The position numbers and the translations under genes were made by a program. A stretch of 33,499 nt of DNA, taken from the IMG/VR virus record IMGVR_UViG_3300017734_000036; one strand, 5' to 3'. The notes below the pieces were generated by a model, which made no database searches, was not told the origin of the DNA, and saw nothing but the letters and a program-made list of their open reading frames with translations. This DNA is from a virus. Positions 5,914 through 14,322 of the stretch are shown here, piece by piece. Numbering within the stretch: the stretch's first letter is position 1; each line of letters begins with the position of its first letter.

Positions 5914-6126
5914 ATGTCTATGTTCACCCCAAAGGTAACGATGCCACCGCCCCCGCCGCCGCCAGAGCCGCCAGCACAGGTTGATTACGAGCGTGCAGAG
6001 GCATTGGCCTCTGAGTCCCTACGTCAAGCTACAGGCCAGCGTAAGGGGCGTGGCGCTACTGTTGTGGCCGGTGCCTTGGGCGAACAAGTACAGTCAGGGC
6101 AAACCCCAACCCTGCTAGGGGGCTAA
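5914..6126 (+). CDS. Small protein with an N-terminal poly-proline tract, 70 aa.
   Basis: RBS GGAG. MPPPPPPPEPP, then a Gly-rich C-terminus ending TLLGG. Lies directly upstream of the portal gene. Confidence 0.55.
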   Translation: MSMFTPKVTMPPPPPPPEPPAQVDYERAEALASESLRQATGQRKGRGATVVAGALGEQVQSGQTPTLLGG

Positions 6127-6127
6127 T

Positions 6128-7726
6128 ATGGACGACATCAAAGAACTTGTAGCTCGTTTTGATTATCTTGAAAGTCGTCGAGATAATTGGGATACGCACT
6201 ACCAAGAACTGGCAGATTACATGCTGCCACGCAAAGCCGACATTGTGCGCAAGCGTAGTCGCGGCGAAAAGCGTATGGAGCTTATCTTTGATGGCACCGC
6301 ACTACAGGCTGTAGACCTTCTGTCTGCTTCACTGCATGGGATGCTTACCAGCGGCGCTACGCCGTGGTTTCACCTTGCGATGAAAGATCCTGACATTAGC
6401 CGTGATGACATGGTGCAGCGTTGGCTAGAAGACAGCAGCAAGCGTATGATCAGGGCGTTCAATCAGTCAAACTTTGAGACTGAGGTACACGAACTGTATG
6501 TAGATCTCGTTGTCTTTGGCACCGGCTGTATGTTTGTGGAGATGGATGGCGAGAACTTGCGGTTTAGCACGCGCCATATCTCAGAGTTTTACGTTGCGGA
6601 AGACCAGTTTGGCTTGGTTGATACTGTGTTCCGTAAGTACAAGATCCCTGCACGGCAAGCTGTGCAACGCTTTGGGTTGGAAAACGTAGGCAAGTTTATC
6701 CAGCGCACATTCGAGAAAAAGCCAGATGAAGAGGTAACGCTGCTGCATGCTGTTATGCCGCGCGATGATCGTGACACGACCAAACGCGACAACAAAAATA
6801 TGCCGTTTGCATCAGTCTATATTTGTATGGAAACCAAAATGCCGATTGCGATCAGCGGCTTCCAAGAGTTTCCGTACATTGTCCCGCGCTTTCTCAAGGC
6901 AACTGGGGAGGTAATGGGACGGTCACCTGCGATGGTGGCGTTGCCTGACGTTAAGATGATTAACTTGATGTCAAAAACCATTATCCAAGCTGCGCAGAAA
7001 CAAATAGATCCTCCGCTACTTGTTCCTGATGACGGGTTCCTTCTCCCTATCCGCACGCAGCCAGGTGGCCTCAACTTCTTCAGGAGTGGCACAAGGGATA
7101 CCATTACGCCACTCAATACTGGCGCAAACATTCCTATTGGCCTGCAGATGGAAGAACAGCGCCGTGGTGCCATCCGCTCTGCGTTCTATGTAGATCAGCT
7201 TCTGTCGGCCTCTACGCCTAACATGACGGCTACTGAGGTAGTGCAGCGCCAAGAGGAGCGTATGCGCGTTATAGGGCCGGTTCTAGGGCGTTTGATGAAT
7301 GAGATGCTGCGTCCCATGATTGACCGTGTGTTTGCGCTTATGTTGCGCAACGACATGCTTGCGGTGCCGCCAGAGGCTTTGCAAGGCAGGGACGTAGACA
7401 TTGAATATGTATCGCCACTGGCACGCGCACAGAAGTCCAGCAGTCTGAATGGCACGATGAAGGCTTTGGAGATACTTCTACCCCTTGCACAATCGCTGCC
7501 AGTTGGTGACCACCTCAACCCAGATGGGCTGGTAAATCATATCGTGGACTCTTTGGGTCTGCAGAAAGAGGTACTGTTGCCGCAAGCTCAGGTCGATCAA
7601 CAGCGCCAGCAGCGTGCCGCCGCACAGCAAGCGGAGCTAGAGCGTCAACAAGGCGCAGAAGACGTTTATACGGCTGCACAGGCCGCACAAGCAGTGAGGA
7701 TGGTTAGCGATGGCGGTGGAAGTTAA
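6128..7726 (+). CDS. Portal (head-to-tail connector) protein, 532 aa.
   Basis: The N-terminal motif RRDNWDTHYQELADYMLPRK is typical of podovirus head-tail connector portals. Size and position after the terminase fit. Confidence 0.85.
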   Translation: MDDIKELVARFDYLESRRDNWDTHYQELADYMLPRKADIVRKRSRGEKRMELIFDGTALQAVDLLSASLHGMLTSGATPWFHLAMKDPDISRDDMVQRWLEDSSKRMIRAFNQSNFETEVHELYVDLVVFGTGCMFVEMDGENLRFSTRHISEFYVAEDQFGLVDTVFRKYKIPARQAVQRFGLENVGKFIQRTFEKKPDEEVTLLHAVMPRDDRDTTKRDNKNMPFASVYICMETKMPIAISGFQEFPYIVPRFLKATGEVMGRSPAMVALPDVKMINLMSKTIIQAAQKQIDPPLLVPDDGFLLPIRTQPGGLNFFRSGTRDTITPLNTGANIPIGLQMEEQRRGAIRSAFYVDQLLSASTPNMTATEVVQRQEERMRVIGPVLGRLMNEMLRPMIDRVFALMLRNDMLAVPPEALQGRDVDIEYVSPLARAQKSSSLNGTMKALEILLPLAQSLPVGDHLNPDGLVNHIVDSLGLQKEVLLPQAQVDQQRQQRAAAQQAELERQQGAEDVYTAAQAAQAVRMVSDGGGS

Positions 7727-7913
7727 GAAGCTGCGAGAGATGTACAAGGGCGTGTTTAGTGATCACGCTGGTGAACAGGTACTACGAGATCTTGAGGCAC
7801 GCTGTAACTGGCGTGCTTCAAGCTATGTGGCGGGAGATGCAAATGCCACAGCGTTTGAAGAAGGCAAACGTGCAGTAATCCTTCATATCTACAACATGAT
7901 GAGTGAGGACTAA
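7710..7913 (+). CDS. Small conserved head-module protein, 67 aa. Possibly Bbp19-like.
   Basis: GAGGA RBS. Lies between portal and scaffold. The pattern G..VL.DL...C......GD...T.F.EGKR.V resembles small proteins at this position in BPP-1-like podoviruses (from memory). Confidence 0.5.
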   Translation: MAVEVKKLREMYKGVFSDHAGEQVLRDLEARCNWRASSYVAGDANATAFEEGKRAVILHIYNMMSED

Positions 7914-8759
7914 ATGTCAGAACAAGTGGCTGAACAGGTAGCCCAGCCTGATGCTGCGCCGATGGAAACACCGGCAGAGGTAGCGCAGGGCGGGTCTGGT
8001 AACGACTTCTTGACCATGATACCGGAGGATATCCGCGAACACCCTAGCTTTGGGCCTATCAAGGATGTGGAAAACCTAGCGCGTTCATACGTCAACGCAC
8101 AAAGATTGATTGGCTCGGAGAAAATCCCGCTGCCCATCAACCCAACAGACGAAGATCTCGACAACATTTATGGCCGGCTTGGCCGCCCAGAGGCCCCAGG
8201 TGGCTATGAAATCAAAGCAGATGGCAATGTGATTACTGAAGACATTGCTTCACAATACGCAGATATCGCCCATCAATTGCGTCTTACGCCACAACAAGCA
8301 CAAGGCGTTTTGGAATACTATCGTTCTACTGTGTCTAACTCTGCGGAGCAAATACAGCAAACAGTGGCAGATCAGGCGTCTAACACAGAAGCTGAACTGC
8401 GTCGTGAGTGGGGCAATAACTATGATGCGAAGCTCAATGCTGCATCAGGTGCAGCGCGTGAGTTTGCTGGTGACGGCATCCTTGATATGCAGTTGTCAGA
8501 CGGCACTTTGGTTGGCAACCATCCTGCCTTTATCAAGGCTTTCGCGGCTATGGCAGACTTTAAGTCTACTGTAACCAGCGAAGACAGCATTGACGGTGCG
8601 TCTGCAAACTATGGCATGACACCGAAGCAAGCGCAGTCTGAAATTGACGCAATCATGAACGATAAGAGTCATGCGTATTGGGACAGCAAGAATGTCACGG
8701 CACGGCAAAATGCCATCAATCACATGCAAGAACTGATGAGCATGATCCATGACAGATGA
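7914..8759 (+). CDS. Scaffolding protein candidate, 281 aa.
   Basis: Acidic, Gln/Ala-rich, helical-looking. Canonical position between portal and major capsid. Confidence 0.55.
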   Translation: MSEQVAEQVAQPDAAPMETPAEVAQGGSGNDFLTMIPEDIREHPSFGPIKDVENLARSYVNAQRLIGSEKIPLPINPTDEDLDNIYGRLGRPEAPGGYEIKADGNVITEDIASQYADIAHQLRLTPQQAQGVLEYYRSTVSNSAEQIQQTVADQASNTEAELRREWGNNYDAKLNAASGAAREFAGDGILDMQLSDGTLVGNHPAFIKAFAAMADFKSTVTSEDSIDGASANYGMTPKQAQSEIDAIMNDKSHAYWDSKNVTARQNAINHMQELMSMIHDR

Positions 8760-8985
8760 GGAACAAATTGAGCTACGTTTGGAGTGTCTTAGGATAGCCA
8801 TTGAGTTTGGCACCCAACGTGATATCATGAATCCTGCCCACATGGCACAAATGTACTATGATTGGGTAACACAGGGTAGCGTCGAAAGTCGTCCTGATGA
8901 CAGCCGGAAAGACGGCGGCTTGACGCCAGCCAAAAAGGCCAGGAGTGTCCGCAAGGGTAGCACACCGCAAATCGCCAAAATGTAA
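8749..8985 (+). CDS. Hypothetical protein, 78 aa, with a basic C-terminus.
   Basis: ORF track. Overlaps the scaffold stop by 11 nt and lies upstream of the capsid gene. Confidence 0.45.
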   Translation: MTDEEQIELRLECLRIAIEFGTQRDIMNPAHMAQMYYDWVTQGSVESRPDDSRKDGGLTPAKKARSVRKGSTPQIAKM

Positions 8986-9006
8986 CTGTAGTTAGGAGGT
9001 AGACCA

Positions 9007-9885
9007 ATGTCTACACAAGTCACTACGGCATTTGTGCAACAGTACTCTGCAAACGTGCAGATGCTTTCACAGCAGATGGGTTCCCGTCTGCGTGATGCGG
9101 TTCGCGTTGAGAATGTTGTTGGTAAAAATGCCTTCATCGACCAGATCGGTTCGGCTACTGCTGCCCTGCGCACCAGCCGCCATGCCGATACCCCCCAGAT
9201 GGACACACCCCATGACAGGCGTCGTCTGAGCCTTGCGGACTATGAGTACGCAGATCTCGTAGATGATCAGGACAAGGTACGTATGCTCATTGACCCGACC
9301 TCTTCCTATGCACGCGCTGCTGCCGCAGCAATGGGTCGTGCGATGGATGATGTCATTATCACTGCTGCAACCGGCACCGCCAACACTGGCGAGACTGGTT
9401 CTGGCAGCGCAACGCTTGACGCAACAGCAAACTCGGTAGGTTCCGCATCGTCCAACGACGGTCTGACTCTTGCCAAGCTGCGTGAAGCAAAGCGTAAGAT
9501 GGATCTCAATGACGTTGATCCGTCGATTCCGCGTTATATCGCGGTAGGCCCAAAGCAGATTGAAGACCTTCTTGGCGACACAACGGTCACCAGCAGCGAC
9601 TTCAACACTGTAAAGGCTCTCGTCCAAGGTGATCTGGATACCTTCATGGGCTTCCAATTCATCATGTCCAACCGTCTGTCCGTGGACTCTAACGATATTC
9701 GTAAGTGTTTTGCATGGGCTGAAGATGGTCTGACCCTTGGTGTTGGCAAAGACATCAGCGCACGCATTGATGAACGCGCCGACAAGGGATACGCAACTCA
9801 GGTCTATTACTGCATGAGCATCGGATCGGTGCGCATGGAGGAAGACAAGGTTGTGCAGATCTTCTGTGACGAAACCCCAGACTAA
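9007..9885 (+). CDS. Major capsid protein, 292 aa.
   Basis: Strong RBS AGGAGGTAGACCA-ATG. Size and position after the scaffold fit. The N-terminal FVQQYSANVQMLSQQ motif is typical of this capsid family. Followed by a decoration-size gene and a strong terminator. Confidence 0.75.
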   Translation: MSTQVTTAFVQQYSANVQMLSQQMGSRLRDAVRVENVVGKNAFIDQIGSATAALRTSRHADTPQMDTPHDRRRLSLADYEYADLVDDQDKVRMLIDPTSSYARAAAAAMGRAMDDVIITAATGTANTGETGSGSATLDATANSVGSASSNDGLTLAKLREAKRKMDLNDVDPSIPRYIAVGPKQIEDLLGDTTVTSSDFNTVKALVQGDLDTFMGFQFIMSNRLSVDSNDIRKCFAWAEDGLTLGVGKDISARIDERADKGYATQVYYCMSIGSVRMEEDKVVQIFCDETPD

Positions 9886-9900
9886 GAGGAGAGATAAACC

Positions 9901-10383
9901 ATGACTACGAAGAACTCGACTCTGGTCGCTAACTTTGAAGCGTCCCCGCAGGTATTCAGTGAGGCACACGAGCTTCACGGTGTACTGCGTGTTGCACAGG
10001 GTAGTATTGCTCTGGCGGCTGGCGACAGCACTGACAACGATATCGTCATGCTGGCACCTCTGCCTTCCAATGCGTCTATCACTGCAATTTCAGTTGCAGC
10101 AGATGCGCTGGGTGGTAGCTGTACCTTCAACGTGGGCTTGTATCAGACTGACGGCACTGTCGTAGATGAAGATTTCTACGCCACTTCTGTTGCTGATGGC
10201 ACGACTGCGGTTGCAGACCTGCGCACTGAAGCTGCTGATATTAACACTATCGGCGCACAGCTTTGGGAAAACGCAGGAGCATCGGCTGACCCAGGCGGCT
10301 ACTACTATGTAGCAGTGACCTTCAATGCAACTGGTGGAACTGGCGGCGATATGTCGTTCATTATTCACTACGTTGTGAACTAA
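9901..10383 (+). CDS. Capsid decoration / cement protein candidate, 160 aa.
   Basis: RBS AGAGGAGAG. Immediately after the capsid gene and before the terminator. Beta-rich, Ala/Thr/Gly composition. The position matches the decoration proteins of epsilon15- and BPP-1-like phages. Confidence 0.4.
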   Translation: MTTKNSTLVANFEASPQVFSEAHELHGVLRVAQGSIALAAGDSTDNDIVMLAPLPSNASITAISVAADALGGSCTFNVGLYQTDGTVVDEDFYATSVADGTTAVADLRTEAADINTIGAQLWENAGASADPGGYYYVAVTFNATGGTGGDMSFIIHYVVN

Positions 10384-10390
10384 CATGGAG

Positions 10391-10416
10391 GGGGCGGTTC
10401 GCCGCCCCTTCTTTCC
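10391..10416 (+). terminator. Intrinsic terminator: 7-bp GC stem, TTCG tetraloop, TTCTTTCC tail.
   Basis: GGGGCGG (10391-10397) pairs with CCGCCCC (10402-10408), loop TTCG. Lies directly after the capsid/decoration gene pair. Confidence 0.7.
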
Positions 10417-10431
10417 ATTGAGAGGTGTGCG

Positions 10432-11028
10432 ATGCCGTCTGTCGTTGATATCTGTAACGAAGCTATGGATTTGCTGGGTGCAGCAACTATTACATCACTC
10501 ACCGAAAACTCCAAAGAAGCGCGTTTGTGTAATAGGCGCTTTGAAACTGTCAGGGATCATGTCCTGCGTGCGCACCCTTGGAACTGCGCAATCACTCGCA
10601 AGGAACTGGCAAAAGACAGCGATGCCCCTGCATTTGGCTTCAATCATCAATTTACGTTGCCCACAGATCCGTTTTGCTTGCGGGTTTTGTCTTTTTGGAA
10701 CAGCAACGTCAACAACGAGTTAGCTGCATACGACAGCAACGTCATGTTCAAGATCGAAGGTCGCAAGGTTCTGAGCAATGAAAGTACCTGCAAGATCACC
10801 TACATCGCACGTATCACAGACACAGAAGAGTTTGATACGCTGCTTTCAGGCACCATAGCGCACCGTTTGGCGGGAGAGACTGCATACGCCATCACAGGTA
10901 GCAACGGCGTCTCACAGGCCATCATGGCGCTATACAATGAGCGTTTGAAGGAAGCGCGTGGTATGGACGCGATGGAAGGCTACCCAGACCAGATACAGGC
11001 AGATGATTTCTTAAACGTCAGGTTCTAA
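10432..11028 (+). CDS. Tail tubular protein A-like / adaptor, 198 aa.
   Basis: Size matches T7 gp11 (196 aa). The N-terminal pattern I.NEAMDLLGA..I.SL...S.EA......F...RD.VLRAHPWN.A is typical of the family. Followed by a gp12-size gene. Confidence 0.6.
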   Translation: MPSVVDICNEAMDLLGAATITSLTENSKEARLCNRRFETVRDHVLRAHPWNCAITRKELAKDSDAPAFGFNHQFTLPTDPFCLRVLSFWNSNVNNELAAYDSNVMFKIEGRKVLSNESTCKITYIARITDTEEFDTLLSGTIAHRLAGETAYAITGSNGVSQAIMALYNERLKEARGMDAMEGYPDQIQADDFLNVRF

Positions 11029-11029
11029 T

Positions 11030-13441
11030 ATGGCGCGTGTTTCTACTATCATAACTAACTTCCGCGCCGGAGAGTTTTCGCCTCGCCTTGAAGGCCGTAT
11101 AGACCTACAGAAATACAACGAGGCGGCAAAAGAACTAACCAACATGGTGAGTTTCCCGCAGGGTGGCATTACACGCCGCCCTGGTTCGTATTACGCGGGT
11201 GCATCAAAGGACGGTGGCAAAGTCAGGCTGGTAAACTTTGAGTTTAGCGACGAGCAAGCGTATGTGCTTGAGTTTGGTGCCAACTACATCCGGTTCTTCA
11301 AAGACGGCGGCATCTTAACGGAATCCACAAAGACCATCACAGCGGCCACACAAGCCAATCCTGTAGTCGTTACTGCTGCATCACATGGCTTCAACAATGG
11401 TGATCGTGTGTATATCACCAACGTCGCTGGCATGACGCAGCTAAACAACCGTGAGTTTACGGTGGCCGGCAAGACAACAAACACTTTCCAACTGTCGGGC
11501 ATCAATGGCACAGGGTTTGATGCGTACACAAGTAGTGGCGCTGTAGGCAAGATTGTCGAGGTAACCACCACCTATTCGGTCACAGAAATTTTTGAGCTAA
11601 ATCATGTGCAATCTGCGGATGTGTTGTTTCTCGCTCACAAAGACCATGAGCCAGCCAAGCTAACGCGCACAACATCAACCAGCTTCACACTGACTGACAT
11701 CGACTTCATTGATGGCCCATATTTAGACGAAAACAAGACGACAACCACACTATATGCCTCTGCGGCGACTGGCACTGGCATTACAATTACAGCGTCCGCA
11801 GCATTGTTTGAAAGTGCCGATGTCGGACGATTGATCAGGTTCCGTGAAATACTTGAGATTGAACATGATGCGTGGGCGGCAAGCACAAGCTACGCAAACA
11901 ACGCTACGGTACGCAACGCTGGGCATGTTTACAAGCAAGTCACCGGCAGCACACAGACATCAAACAACACACCGCCTGTGCATCTTACAGGCACAGAAAC
12001 CTATGGCACTATTAATTGGGAATACCTGCATGACGCACATGGTCATGTAAAGATAACAGGCTTCACTAGCTCAACTGTCGTTACGGCAGATGTGCATGAG
12101 GATCAATTTGGAAACTCGCGTTTGCCTGATAGTGCTGTGGGTTCAACCAATGCCAACATTCGCTGGTCTTTGGGGGCTTTTGGGGGAGATCAAAAGTTTC
12201 CCAAGGCTGTGGCGTTCTACGAAGAGCGGTTGTACTTTGCCGGCACTACAGGTCAACCACAGACCATCTTTGGCTCAAAGAGTGCTGACTTTGAAAATCA
12301 AACACCAGGCACAAACGATGACGATGCCATCAACATCACCATCGCGTCAGATCGCGTCAACGTAATCAAGCACCTGCTGCCTGGTCGGTTCCTTCAGATT
12401 CTGACTACAAGCTCTGAGTTTACGCTGTCAGGCGGCACAGGTGCAGAGCCTGTCACTCCCACAAACGTCAATGTTTTGCGAGAAACTACCTTTGGCTCAT
12501 CTGATGTCCGTCCGTTGCGTGCCGGCAACAGTACCATCCTTATCCAGAAGGGCGGGGAGCGGGTCAAAGAGATCACGTTTGATTTAGACACAGACGGTTT
12601 GCTGGGCGTTGATCTGACGATTCTGGCAGAGCATGTGGCTAGTGGTGGCCTCACAGACATGGTGTGGCAGCAAGAACCAGAACTTATCCTCTGGTTTGTC
12701 CACAGCGACGGCACCCTTGTAGGGCTGACCTATGACCGCGCCAACGGCGCTGTAGGCTGGCACCAGCATCCATTAGGCGATAGTGGGGTGGTAGAAAGCA
12801 TCACAGCTATCCCCAGCGGTGCAGAAGATCAGGTGTATGTGTCTGTAAAGAGAACGATCAATAGCGCAACGGTGCGCCACATTTGTTTCCTCAAGCCAAT
12901 CAGTTTTGGTACTGATGTCTCAGATGCTTTCTTTTTGGACAGCGGCTTGACCTACAGCGGGTCAGCAACAACCACTATCAGCGGTCTTAATCACCTTGAA
13001 GGCGAGACAGTGCAGATCCTTGCTGATGGCTCTGCGCACGCTGACAAGACCGTATCTGGTGGCAAGGTCATTATAGATCGTAGCTCGACCAAAGTGTCTG
13101 TTGGGTACACTTACAATTCGCTGGTGGAGACTCTGCGGCTAGAGGCCGGCGCAGATGACGGGATATCGCAAGGCAAGATCAAGCGTATCCACGGTGTCAC
13201 GGCACGTTTTCTCAACAGTGTAGGTGCAGAGGTCGGCCCCGATACTAGCAATCTTGACCGCATACCGTTTCGAGATAGCAGCATGGCAATGGATGTAGCG
13301 GTGCCTATGTTTACAGGCGACAAAGAAATTTCGTTCCCATCAGGTTACGACAATGATGCGCGGGTGGTGGTGCAGCAGTCCCAACCATTACCCATGACTA
13401 TTCTTGCAATTATGAGAAGGTCTAACACGTTTGATGCTTAG
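11030..13441 (+). CDS. Tail tubular protein B-like / nozzle, 803 aa.
   Basis: Size is close to T7 gp12 (794 aa). The N-terminal F.AGEFSPRLEGRIDLQKYN motif is typical of the family. Synteny supports the call. Confidence 0.6.
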   Translation: MARVSTIITNFRAGEFSPRLEGRIDLQKYNEAAKELTNMVSFPQGGITRRPGSYYAGASKDGGKVRLVNFEFSDEQAYVLEFGANYIRFFKDGGILTESTKTITAATQANPVVVTAASHGFNNGDRVYITNVAGMTQLNNREFTVAGKTTNTFQLSGINGTGFDAYTSSGAVGKIVEVTTTYSVTEIFELNHVQSADVLFLAHKDHEPAKLTRTTSTSFTLTDIDFIDGPYLDENKTTTTLYASAATGTGITITASAALFESADVGRLIRFREILEIEHDAWAASTSYANNATVRNAGHVYKQVTGSTQTSNNTPPVHLTGTETYGTINWEYLHDAHGHVKITGFTSSTVVTADVHEDQFGNSRLPDSAVGSTNANIRWSLGAFGGDQKFPKAVAFYEERLYFAGTTGQPQTIFGSKSADFENQTPGTNDDDAINITIASDRVNVIKHLLPGRFLQILTTSSEFTLSGGTGAEPVTPTNVNVLRETTFGSSDVRPLRAGNSTILIQKGGERVKEITFDLDTDGLLGVDLTILAEHVASGGLTDMVWQQEPELILWFVHSDGTLVGLTYDRANGAVGWHQHPLGDSGVVESITAIPSGAEDQVYVSVKRTINSATVRHICFLKPISFGTDVSDAFFLDSGLTYSGSATTTISGLNHLEGETVQILADGSAHADKTVSGGKVIIDRSSTKVSVGYTYNSLVETLRLEAGADDGISQGKIKRIHGVTARFLNSVGAEVGPDTSNLDRIPFRDSSMAMDVAVPMFTGDKEISFPSGYDNDARVVVQQSQPLPMTILAIMRRSNTFDA

Positions 13442-13856
13442 ATTTTTGCCGTTTGCACAAGAGCATGTTCAGCACATTAAGTTGATGTTTGATCTTTCTG
13501 AGGATGGCCGCAAAGCATTAGTTGAGCATAAAGATATTAGGGGCTACACACTTTTTGAGGAAGATGTTGTGCTTGGCATAGGCGGTGTACACAACATATG
13601 GAGTGGTGTAGGTGAAGCGTGGTTGCTTCTGGGCAAGGAAGCGTTTGCGCGGCCCAGAACTGTAGCGCGGCACACGGTCAATATATTCGATCACATGCAG
13701 GAAGAGCATCAATATCAGCGTATCCAGGCCAGCATCGCAGTAAAGGATGCAAAGGCTAAAAGGTTCGCAGAATGGCTTGGTTTTCAAAATGAGGGTATAA
13801 TGAGGAAATATGGGCCTGATGGTTCAGATTATTATCGTTATGCAAGGGTGATGTAA
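13434..13856 (+). CDS. GNAT-fold acetyltransferase-like protein, 140 aa, at the position of T7 gp13.
   Basis: C-terminal RIQASIAVKDAKAKRFAEWLGFQNEGIMRKYGPDGSDYYRYARV matches the GNAT acetyl-CoA-binding / C-terminal strand pattern. The tracked ORF starts at TTG 13431, but ATG 13434 is more likely. Confidence 0.5.
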   Translation: MLRFLPFAQEHVQHIKLMFDLSEDGRKALVEHKDIRGYTLFEEDVVLGIGGVHNIWSGVGEAWLLLGKEAFARPRTVARHTVNIFDHMQEEHQYQRIQASIAVKDAKAKRFAEWLGFQNEGIMRKYGPDGSDYYRYARVM

Positions 13857-14311
13857 TGGATGCGATGGCAATCGCAGCAGGTGCCAGTGCAGTAGCTGGT
13901 ATTGTAGGGTTCAAAGGCAATAAACAAGCCGCTCGTATTGCGCGTCAAACTGGCGAATACAATGCACAGCTTGCCGAAAACGAACTGGTAATGCTGCAAC
14001 GCCGCAGAGTGCAGCAAGAAAATGTGATGCGTAAAAACTCTGAGCGTTTAGCTGGTGCGCAAAGAGTAGCTACGGCGGCATCCGGTGTAGAAATGACCGG
14101 CAGTCCTTTATTGGCCTTGGCTGATACATTTTTTCAGACTGAGATGGATGCGCTAAACATACAGTACGCATCGGATTTTGATGCTTTGAACAAGGCATCA
14201 GAAGCTGCGTTAGCGCGTGCTGGTGGCGCTGCACAGGCAGCGGCGTTCCAAACTCAAGCATATAGTTCCTTGCTTACCTCTGGATCTCGCTCTGCACAAC
14301 TTATGGCTTAA
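13856..14311 (+). CDS. Internal virion protein (gp14-like), 151 aa.
   Basis: Hydrophobic N-terminus AIAAGASAVAGIVGF and an Ala/Gln-rich helical body. Position precedes the two giant ejection proteins. Confidence 0.5.
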   Translation: MDAMAIAAGASAVAGIVGFKGNKQAARIARQTGEYNAQLAENELVMLQRRRVQQENVMRKNSERLAGAQRVATAASGVEMTGSPLLALADTFFQTEMDALNIQYASDFDALNKASEAALARAGGAAQAAAFQTQAYSSLLTSGSRSAQLMA

Positions 14312-14322
14312 TAGGATTTAAT

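Noticed and set aside
9067-9978. 303-aa ORF on the minus strand opposite the major capsid gene.
   Set aside because: It is entirely antisense to a strongly supported CDS with an excellent RBS. Its composition is Cys/His/Arg-rich and junk-like, it has no RBS, and it runs against the direction of the whole late operon.
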